A stretch of 15,749 bases of DNA from Promethearchaeota archaeon (GTDB taxonomy: Archaea; Asgardarchaeota; Odinarchaeia; Odinarchaeales; JBHLKK01): positions 1 through 15,749 of the forward strand of contig JBHLPL010000041.1 in NCBI GenBank assembly GCA_048939465.1. Direction: 5' to 3'. The notes beneath the pieces were generated by a model, which worked only from the letters and a program-made list of their open reading frames with translations, was not told the DNA's origin and did not search any database. The translations under genes and the position numbers were made by a program. Positions 1 to 7,098 of this stretch are shown here, piece by piece (position 1 is the first letter of the stretch; every line of letters begins with the position of its first letter).

Positions 1-333
1 AAGTATCAAAGCTGTAGTCTCTCCGCAGTAGATCGGTATACTTCTTTTCAGAAAGGAAACATGTCCGGCGTGGTCCATATGGGAGTGTGAGAGAAAGACT
101 CCGTTAATGCTCTCTTCCGAATCGTCAGATTGATATATCCCTTCAATCTTCGGAAGTACGTTCAGATCCTTTAGTTCCTTCTCACTCTTTGGCGTAAGAT
201 AAGCAGAATAGTATTGTTTCCTGGCTGCAAAAGACATGCCAAAATCCAGAAAGATGCGAGTATCGCCATCTTCCAATAGGACCTTGTTTCCGCCAACTTC
301 CGCCACAGCTCCGTAGAAAGTCAATTTCGTCAA
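1..333 (-). CDS. MBL-fold/beta-CASP ribonuclease, RNase J-like (N-terminal part; runs off window edge)
   Basis: Not in the ORF track. Manual translation from TTG at 333 gives MTKLTFYGAVAEVGGNKVLLEDGDTRIFLDFGMSF...GVFLSHSHMDHAGHVSFL, with MBL motif I (DFG) and HxHxDH. SD GGAGGTGA at 346-339. The frame is open to base 1. Confidence 0.8.
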   Translation of the reverse strand, partial: MTKLTFYGAVAEVGGNKVLLEDGDTRIFLDFGMSFAARKQYYSAYLTPKSEKELKDLNVLPKIEGIYQSDDSEESINGVFLSHSHMDHAGHVSFLKRSIPIYCGETTALIL

Positions 334-416
334 TTACATCACCTCCACAATTCTAGTTCCTTAAGCTCACCAGCAAATAGGATAGTACGAATTCACTCCA
401 AGTTAATTCCATTTCT

Positions 417-438
417 CTGCAATCTTGCAGTCTATAAA
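417..438 (-). promoter_or_regulatory. Putative TATA box (TTTATA, 438-433) followed by the palindrome CTGCAA-GA-TTGCAG (430-417)
   Basis: Motifs read directly in the 334-545 intergenic region upstream of the RNase J-like gene. Confidence 0.35.
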
Positions 439-545
439 CATCAATAGGGAATCTCACTGTTCCTCGTCCCAGTTATTACCATTAAGGGCATGGATTAGCC
501 TGGAAAGATTCCCCTTTCTGACTGGAATCGATCTCTTTACCTGCT

Positions 546-1376
546 CTATTTAGACCATACTGTGTATAAATGCCTGAGCGAATTCTCTTTCCACTCTGGT
601 CGCTTGGGCTCGTAGAAGCTGGGATATCCATCATGTTTGACGGCTTCTTCAGCTGATTTGCCTTCTTCTATGAGCTTCTTCATCTCGTCTTTGACAGCTT
701 CAAACCAATCAAGCTGGATTTTGACCTCGGCTTTGTCACAGATCGGTCCATGGCCGGGGATGATTCTCTCTGCGTCCATATTGAGTATTGCTTTAAAAGC
801 CCGAATCCATGCATCTGGATCTGAGGTTGGATCTCCGGCCCAAGGAAAACTTTTGGCAAATATGATGTCGCCTGCAAACAGTATACGATCTTCTTCAACA
901 TATACTATGGAAGATCCCGCTGTGTGACCGCCGGTATGGATTATCTCAACACCGTCGAGTTTGTAACAATCGTCAAAAGTCTTTGTGGGGAGGACGATTC
1001 TAAGATCTTTCAGTAGCCATACCCTTTCAGGTGCGTTTCTCTTCATTTCCTCGATCATTCTTTCAAGGTTATTCGGCGTCCATATCGTTTTCAGATTCTC
1101 TTCCATTCTCTCTTTCAGCAATCGATGGGCAACTATTTCGCAATCCTCGAAGGCCTGATTTCCAAAAACGTGATCTGGATGACAGTGGGTAAGCAAGAGA
1201 TGGGATATCGGTTTCTTCGATATGGACGTTATGCTACTCCTGAACCTAGCTCCAGAAGCTGGAAACTGTGCGTCTACCGCTGCTAGGCTGTCCTCAAGAA
1301 TGATAACGCCCACATTTCCACCCGTTTCCCCCTCGGTATTTGCATATACCCTTTCTGAAATCCTGTCAAGTTTCAT
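546..1376 (-). CDS. MBL-fold metallo-hydrolase (glyoxalase II/cyclase-like)
   Basis: THCHPDHVFGN, GHTAG, LFAGD and IIPGHG motifs. SD AGGAGGT overlaps the stop of the upstream gene. Confidence 0.9.
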   Translation of the reverse strand: MKLDRISERVYANTEGETGGNVGVIILEDSLAAVDAQFPASGARFRSSITSISKKPISHLLLTHCHPDHVFGNQAFEDCEIVAHRLLKERMEENLKTIWTPNNLERMIEEMKRNAPERVWLLKDLRIVLPTKTFDDCYKLDGVEIIHTGGHTAGSSIVYVEEDRILFAGDIIFAKSFPWAGDPTSDPDAWIRAFKAILNMDAERIIPGHGPICDKAEVKIQLDWFEAVKDEMKKLIEEGKSAEEAVKHDGYPSFYEPKRPEWKENSLRHLYTVWSK

Positions 1377-1380
1377 TCCA

Positions 1381-2259
1381 TTACCTCCTTCTACTCTTGT
1401 GAGAATGGGTTAACCGACTGATAATCTCGGGGATGAGGAAGATTAGCTCCTCTATGTCTCCAACCACGAAGTCCGAGACTTCAAGCATTTTTTCATTGAT
1501 TTTGAAACCGGAGTATTGTCTATTGAGTATGCCTATTTGAGCTTTCTTCATTGCAATCACATCATTAAGTGAATTGCCAATCATTATTGTGAAATTAGAT
1601 TCCTTTTTGAGGGATTCAATGATTTCTCCTTTACCATCAGCATTTGCGCCAGAACAGATAAAGTCCTTTCCAACTCCTATGTGTTCACCAACTCTCTCAA
1701 GAGAGTCCTTCTGTTCTCCAGAGGCTAGATATACGGCAATACCCATACCTTTTAACATCTTAACCAGGTCTTGAACCTTTGGAGAAGTCTTTCCTCCAAC
1801 CACACCTATGTAAGGTACACTTCCGGCTGATACGTCTACAAGAACCGTTAAGGTCAATAGCCATTCAATTTCATGTGCATTCTTCAAAGCATATATGGCC
1901 TCCCTGTAATCTTGAATGGTTACAGTCTCATCAGACAGAATTGCCGTATGAATATCCTCTTCAGATACACCTCCTTCTGTGTAGAGTAGATAGGTACGTA
2001 TTTTATTCTTCTTTATGTAGGTGCTGATTGTCTGATTATGCTCGGGGTAACCGGATATCACCTCCGGATATACGTCCAGTGCAGACAAAGCATATTGTGG
2101 ATGAGCAGATAACAATTCAAAACCACTGATCCGTCTTCCGCTGCTAAGCTCAATGTCCTCCGCCATTCTGCCGGAAGAGATATCCCTTATAATGACTGCT
2201 GGCTCTAATAGCGTACCTGTCACATCAAAAACCATGCAAATCCTTTCTTCCATCAACAC
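1381..2259 (-). CDS. HAD-superfamily soluble P-type ATPase-like protein (MJ0968/COG4087 type)
   Basis: FDVTGTL (DxTGT phosphorylation motif), YLASGE and IMIGNSLND(V)IAM. Length and motif spacing match my recollection of MJ0968. The start is ambiguous (GTG 2259, TTG 2256 or ATG 2253). Confidence 0.75.
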   Translation of the reverse strand: MLMEERICMVFDVTGTLLEPAVIIRDISSGRMAEDIELSSGRRISGFELLSAHPQYALSALDVYPEVISGYPEHNQTISTYIKKNKIRTYLLYTEGGVSEEDIHTAILSDETVTIQDYREAIYALKNAHEIEWLLTLTVLVDVSAGSVPYIGVVGGKTSPKVQDLVKMLKGMGIAVYLASGEQKDSLERVGEHIGVGKDFICSGANADGKGEIIESLKKESNFTIMIGNSLNDVIAMKKAQIGILNRQYSGFKINEKMLEVSDFVVGDIEELIFLIPEIISRLTHSHKSRRR

Positions 2260-2285
2260 TCAATCCTTTTGTCTTTGTACTCGTA

Positions 2286-2332
2286 TAATGCATGGAAGGT
2301 AGGCTCAGTTAAAAAGGGGCTACCATGCATTA
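2286..2332. repeat. 10-bp perfect inverted repeat TAATGCATGG...CCATGCATTA (27-nt spacer) flanking a TTTTTAA box on the minus strand
   Basis: Arms at 2286-2295 and 2323-2332. TTAAAAA at 2309-2315. Confidence 0.7.
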
Positions 2333-2475
2333 AGGAGGGGAGAAAGGTTCCTATTTTTGAACCAACAACCGAAAGAGTCTCTCATCAAAGTGGAGGGACA
2401 GTAGAGGAGGCGTTGACAAGTAGCCAGAAAACACAACCAGTCCTTCATGGAAGGGGGGATTTGCTTTCCAACATC

Positions 2476-3753
2476 CTATCCTTGTTTTTCAAGAATAATC
2501 TCTTGTTTCACCCTCACGGTAGCTTTAGAGGGTATATTCTGATTGATTATGGCCCCGGGTGTGATTAGAGCGCCCGATCCAATCATTTTCCCGGGGTAAA
2601 TAGATACATTGATGCCTATGGCCACACTGTCGCCTATTACGGCACCAAATTTATCGGATGGGACCTGAATGGTTTCTTCTTCGATGGTCATTGTTATCGG
2701 GCTGTGATCCGGCCGGATATTCCATGTCTGTGTCCCGGCTCCGAACTCCACGCCATGCCCTATGATACTGTCCCCGATGTAAGAAAGACGGCCGATTGTG
2801 GTGTTATCGAGAATTACGCTGTTCTTCAACTCGACTCCGAATCCCACGATGACATTCGAGCCAACTGTTGTGTATTCCCGTATTAGCGAGTTTGTACCAA
2901 CAAAGCTGTTTGACCCTATGTAGGTTGGCCCACTTATTACCGCTCCAGATCGTACTATTACATTTTCCCCAATATAGACAGGGCCCTCAATCTTAGCCTG
3001 CCCAGATATTCTGGCCGTTTCAGCAATAAACGATCCTTTTCCCCGGAGCATCTTATCCAGGATGTATCTATTAGCATTTAGAATGTCCCAAGGATAACGA
3101 ACTTTAACCCATTCGCGTTCCCATATTGAGCTATACACGCCGTCTCCTGCGTTTATCATCTCTTGAATGGCGCTATCTAGTGTCTTCGATTTCTCGAGCA
3201 CGTCAAATAATTTGGTTTTGAACACATAAACACCAGCCACAGCATACATGCTGGGTTCAGTACTCGGAGCTGGCTTTTCAACTATTTTTCTGATTTGAGA
3301 ATCCTCATCAATCGAGACTATACCATAGAATTGGGGTTCCTTCACAAGCGTTACAGCTATTGTTCCGCCCGGCTTCAGCTCAAGGTAATTTTGAATGGCC
3401 CGCTCAATCATTTGCTTGTCTACAAGAAAATCTGCGTGAGCGATCAGGAAATCTTCTTCGTTCTTGAACTCGTCTTTGGCCGCCAATATAGCGTCTTCCG
3501 TTCTTCCTACGTTCTCTTGAGTTACGTATTTTATCTTGACTCCGAAATCAAATCCGGTTTCAAAATAATTCATTATTTGCTCACGCTGATACCCTACGAC
3601 AATCACAAGATTCTCTATATTACACTCTTTCAGCGTATTTATCACATATTCGAGAATCGGTTTGCCCCCTATCCGCAGCATCGGCTTTGGCTTGGTATCT
3701 GTCAGTGGCCTCAAACGAGTGCCCATTCCAGCAGCTAAGATTAGACCCTTCAA
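2476..3753 (-). CDS. Sugar-phosphate nucleotidyltransferase fold plus left-handed beta-helix (archaeal GlmU-like), with degenerate active sites
   Basis: LILAAGMGTRLRPLTDTKPKPM, VEKP and hexapeptide repeats (IGENVIV, VGSNVIVG, IGDSVAIG). The likely start is TTG 3753, 7 nt after SD GGAGG (3765-3761), rather than 3777. Confidence 0.88.
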   Translation of the reverse strand: MKGLILAAGMGTRLRPLTDTKPKPMLRIGGKPILEYVINTLKECNIENLVIVVGYQREQIMNYFETGFDFGVKIKYVTQENVGRTEDAILAAKDEFKNEEDFLIAHADFLVDKQMIERAIQNYLELKPGGTIAVTLVKEPQFYGIVSIDEDSQIRKIVEKPAPSTEPSMYAVAGVYVFKTKLFDVLEKSKTLDSAIQEMINAGDGVYSSIWEREWVKVRYPWDILNANRYILDKMLRGKGSFIAETARISGQAKIEGPVYIGENVIVRSGAVISGPTYIGSNSFVGTNSLIREYTTVGSNVIVGFGVELKNSVILDNTTIGRLSYIGDSIIGHGVEFGAGTQTWNIRPDHSPITMTIEEETIQVPSDKFGAVIGDSVAIGINVSIYPGKMIGSGALITPGAIINQNIPSKATVRVKQEIILEKQG

Positions 3754-3906
3754 TGGTTTTCCTCCGAAGAATTCCATTTAAACTGAATCGTTATTCCTAC
3801 TAAAGATAGTTTAGGATTAAAAAGATTCTGAATTCTCAAGAGGGGGGATGGGAGCAGATATCGGACGATGGCATTGCTTAGCTCTCGGTCGACCTTAAAA
3901 ACCTTA

Positions 3907-3918
3907 CTTGACGTCAAG
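3907..3918. repeat. Perfect 12-bp palindrome CTTGACGTCAAG, 5 nt upstream of a minus-strand TTTTTAA box (3901-3895)
   Basis: Read directly in the intergenic region upstream of the GlmU-like gene. Confidence 0.55.
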
Positions 3919-3931
3919 GGCTGAAAGGAGT

Positions 3932-4363
3932 TCAAGGTGTTATCGTTCTCGAGCTTTCAGACAAAGGATGGCCGAGACAGTGTAAGACGAATTCCTTATA
4001 CCAGCCAAAAGGAGCCCGAGTAACTTCAAACCCCATTGAAGTCAATTCCTTTTCCAGACCTTTGCAGATGTCAATTGCTGCCCTTGGTGAACCTAATTTA
4101 GAAGAGAACAGATGAGCGTATGGATATATTAGAATTCTCTCCGCCTTGACTCTATCCACGATCAGCTTCAGTTCAGCGCAGGCTTTTTCTACGATCACTG
4201 TCTTACTATTTTCATCGATCTTCTCTACGGCTGCAAAGGCAACCAATACGTTGTCAATTTCAGTCCACTGCAGCTCCTCTTGCACTTCGTCCCTTACCGA
4301 TATCTTTACAGGCTTTGTCGGGCGATATTTCATTGATTTTGCATGTATGAGTAAAAGGCGCAT
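3932..4363 (-). CDS. Stand-alone archaeal-type ThrRS editing domain (Ser-tRNA(Thr) deacylase, DTD-like fold), 143 aa
   Basis: MRLLLIHA, VLVAFAAVEK, IYPYAHL and APFGWYKEF...C.GHPLSESSRTI match the N-terminal editing domain of archaeal ThrRS. Start ATG 4363 with upstream GAGGGAG. A stop follows directly after the domain. Confidence 0.9.
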   Translation of the reverse strand: MRLLLIHAKSMKYRPTKPVKISVRDEVQEELQWTEIDNVLVAFAAVEKIDENSKTVIVEKACAELKLIVDRVKAERILIYPYAHLFSSKLGSPRAAIDICKGLEKELTSMGFEVTRAPFGWYKEFVLHCLGHPLSESSRTITP

Positions 4364-4376
4364 CTGAAAGCTCCCT

Positions 4377-5753
4377 CTATAATTTCCTTGCGGACAGCCA
4401 AGCTTGCTCAATTATCGGCATGAACATTTGGATGTGTTCCTCCAATGTTGAAGCCAAACCCACAGGGGTCCCCTTCTCCTGAACTGCACCTATGAGTATT
4501 TCTTCTCTGTCCTTATCCATTGCCCACAGATCCTGTCTTTCATAGTTTCTAATTACTACGTTCGGCTTTTCCGATAGAATTCGATAAGCTTCATTGGTTT
4601 TGGGATCAGTCAGATCAACCTTGGTCACAATTCTAACATTCACCCAGCTCTTCAAAGCCTCTATAGCCCCCAAATCAATATCTAAAAGATTGGGTGCCAC
4701 AACAATAATACGGCTCTTAGCTCTTGAAAACATATCGTTTATCTGAGCTTTGAATCCTTCAGTACTTGTAACAAACCAGACATCAGTGAATCTGAATGTT
4801 ATTGTGGATCTGGCTCTCTTCCATAAAGCATCAAGCGTATCTCCGGAGACAGCCACTCTCTCATCAGCTTCAAAGACTATCGTTCTCAGAGCTTCTATGA
4901 CTCTTTCTTCAAACAGTCCCTTTAACCTATCTAACTCTCCCACCAGAACAGTAGAGATTATGTGCTCTATGAATCTCTTGAAAACCTTCATCTTCAGTTG
5001 CTCTTCAAAGGCTGTAGAGACCTTCGTTTTGACTTTGCCAACTTCCTCCTCAAAGGTCTTAAATTGGTCCGCAAGAATTGTCGGAACATCTGCTTGTAGA
5101 GCGGTCAAGAAACCTCTAAAATCATTCAGCTGTTTCAGCAGAGCAGTATAAGGAGGTATGCCTTGGAAGTATTTTCTGGTTCCCGGTATAGTTTTGAGTA
5201 GTCCCAGCCTTACGAGTCTTTCTGAGATTTCATTTGCCCTTTCCTCTGAAACATCTGCATAGAGACCGATTTCTCCCAAAGATACTGGTCCTTTATCAAC
5301 CATAGCTAGATAAGCTTCAGCTTCATCTCTTGCCAGTCCATAATCCTTTAGTACGCGTCTGGGAATTATCTCGGCCAGCTCTATTTCAGCAGATACGGAT
5401 TCAAAGACTTCCTTAAGGTAGGAAGAAAAGCCATCTTCACCTCTTTTCGATATCACTGGTCCAGATATTTCAGAAAGGATTCTCTCACATCGTTCTCCAG
5501 ATTCGTTTTCATTTAGAAAGAGTGCAAGCACGAATTTCTCACGAGTCTCAGGCATTGACGAGAAATAGCTGGCCACATTCAGTTCCCCAACCTTCATGGT
5601 TACGAAAGGTTCCGTTTTTGTTTCACCCATTGTGTGAGAGGTATATATTCTCATTGGTTGATCTTCCTTGACTTCGAGGTCTGGGGGGTATTTTGCTTCC
5701 AAAACCGCACCAGACTTGTCATCCCATCGGATTACGGCAAGACCAGAAGGCAT
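4377..5753 (-). CDS. Fusion protein: longin/uDENN-like N-domain + TrmB-type winged HTH + helical linker + PLD-like (TrmB effector) C-domain
   Basis: N-term LAVIRWDDKSGAVLEAKYP. Middle LKDYGLARDEAEAYLAM...SLGEI...ERLVRLGLL...YFQGIPP. C-term VWFVTS...INDMFSRAKSRIIVVAP...VRIVT. Likely start ATG 5753 after AGGTG. Confidence 0.7.
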   Translation of the reverse strand: MPSGLAVIRWDDKSGAVLEAKYPPDLEVKEDQPMRIYTSHTMGETKTEPFVTMKVGELNVASYFSSMPETREKFVLALFLNENESGERCERILSEISGPVISKRGEDGFSSYLKEVFESVSAEIELAEIIPRRVLKDYGLARDEAEAYLAMVDKGPVSLGEIGLYADVSEERANEISERLVRLGLLKTIPGTRKYFQGIPPYTALLKQLNDFRGFLTALQADVPTILADQFKTFEEEVGKVKTKVSTAFEEQLKMKVFKRFIEHIISTVLVGELDRLKGLFEERVIEALRTIVFEADERVAVSGDTLDALWKRARSTITFRFTDVWFVTSTEGFKAQINDMFSRAKSRIIVVAPNLLDIDLGAIEALKSWVNVRIVTKVDLTDPKTNEAYRILSEKPNVVIRNYERQDLWAMDKDREEILIGAVQEKGTPVGLASTLEEHIQMFMPIIEQAWLSARKL

Positions 5754-5817
5754 GAATAACACCTTGATGACAGATTTGATATTGATACCTTTTTTATTGT
5801 TTTATTATAGGATGGCT

Positions 5818-5830
5818 AATTAATATAAAC
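5818..5830. promoter_or_regulatory. AT-rich TATA-like element (AATTAATATAAA) in the divergent promoter region between the TrmB fusion and pfkB
   Basis: TATAAA at 5824-5829 on plus (TTTATA on minus), about 45 nt upstream of the pfkB start. Confidence 0.4.
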
Positions 5831-5872
5831 GTGTTCTTCATTTTGTATAGAGCTAGTCATAGGTGCGCTTCG

Positions 5873-6772
5873 GTGTATGATTTAGTCGTAGTTGGTCACT
5901 TGGCAATAGACTGGGTCGAATTGAGAGGAAAGAAATACACATCAAGACTTGGTGGCCCTCCTGCATTCTGTGGCCTCACTGCCAAGACCCTTAATGCAAA
6001 AAGAGTGGCCATTGTCTCCAAAGTGGGCAGCGATTTCAGTGATGATTTCCTACTGGCTCTTGTTAAATCAGGATTAGATGTATCTGCGGTTACCAAGGTT
6101 GAAGGGCCCACAACTCGGTTCTATTTGAAGTATCACAAAAAGAAGCGAGACCTAAGGCTCATGGCCAAGTGTGAGCCTATCTTTCCTGAGGATGTTCCGG
6201 ATACTCATCTACAGACCAATGCCGCAATATTGAGCCCCATAGCTAACGAAATTCCCGACAAAACCATAGTCAGACTCCTAGGGACCCCCGAGATTGTGGC
6301 AGTTGATTTGCAGGGGTTTGTAAGAAGATTTGATGATGAAGGAAATATGATGATTGGAGAGTGGAAGAATCGAAAGCGTTACGTCAGGAATATCGATGTG
6401 ATAAAAGGTACAGAAGAAGAGATTGCCGCAGCATGCAGGGTGGAGGGTGTTGAACAGGCTGCACAAGCGTTATCCAATTACGGGGCGAGAATTGTTATTG
6501 CAACCCGAGGACAAAAAGGAGCAATCTTCTGGATAAATGGAGAATTCTTCGAAGTACGAGCTGTGAAGCCTATTCGTTATGTCGATTCAACAGGGGCGGG
6601 AGACATCTTTCTGGCAGCATTTGTTTTTGAACTTTCCTTAACGGATGACCCGTACCACGCGGCGACATTTGCCACTCTTATGAGTTCTCTCTCCTTGGGA
6701 GGACTTGGGATCGGAGATCTGCCTACACGGGAAGCTGTTGAGGAAAGGATAAAAGGGCTTAGAATTGAGTAA
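5873..6772 (+). CDS. PfkB/ribokinase-family carbohydrate kinase (resembles the myo-inositol kinase subgroup)
   Basis: VVVGHLAID, LGG, DLQGFVR and DSTGAGD anion-hole motif. Likely start GTG 5873 after AGGTG (5861-5865). Confidence 0.88.
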   Translation: MYDLVVVGHLAIDWVELRGKKYTSRLGGPPAFCGLTAKTLNAKRVAIVSKVGSDFSDDFLLALVKSGLDVSAVTKVEGPTTRFYLKYHKKKRDLRLMAKCEPIFPEDVPDTHLQTNAAILSPIANEIPDKTIVRLLGTPEIVAVDLQGFVRRFDDEGNMMIGEWKNRKRYVRNIDVIKGTEEEIAAACRVEGVEQAAQALSNYGARIVIATRGQKGAIFWINGEFFEVRAVKPIRYVDSTGAGDIFLAAFVFELSLTDDPYHAATFATLMSSLSLGGLGIGDLPTREAVEERIKGLRIE

Positions 6773-6801
6773 CATTAACTACTTCATTCGGAGGATGATA
6801 T

Positions 6802-7095
6802 ATGTCTGTAAATATACAAATGATTGAGGTTGAAGGCAAAAGAGCCTTAGGGATAAAGGTAGAACTTGAACCGGCCCCATTCATAATGATCAGAGGAGAT
6901 AATGGAGTCTTATCTTGCGGTTTCATAAACATCGAGGCAGCTGAAAGAATTGGCGTAGCCGCAGCTATGGTTAGTGGAGTTAAGACTTTTGAAGATGTCT
7001 TAAAGGCGAGCGTTAAGGCTGTCACAACTCAAGCAAGAAGAAGGGGGGTCGAGAAAGACATGTCTGGAAGAGAGGCATTGCTTAGGCTCTTATAG
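6802..7095 (+). CDS. yunC: YunC/DUF1805 family protein
   Basis: GVLSCGFINIEAAERIGVAAAMVSGVKTFEDVL...GMSGREAL-like signature (DMSGREAL here). SD GGAGGATGA upstream. Confidence 0.85.
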   Translation: MSVNIQMIEVEGKRALGIKVELEPAPFIMIRGDNGVLSCGFINIEAAERIGVAAAMVSGVKTFEDVLKASVKAVTTQARRRGVEKDMSGREALLRLL

Positions 7096-7098
7096 CCC

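Noticed and set aside
447-513. 8-bp inverted repeat GGGAATCT/AGATTCCC
   Set aside because: The 51-nt spacer and short arms are within chance expectation.
2305-2395. Possible C/D box sRNA (minus-strand TGATGA ... CTGA)
   Set aside because: The boxes are about 80 nt apart with no recognisable internal D'/C' boxes or terminal stem.
2269-2568. 99-aa plus-strand ORF over the HAD/GlmU intergenic region
   Set aside because: No SD or motif, and it overlaps the GlmU-like 3' end in antisense.
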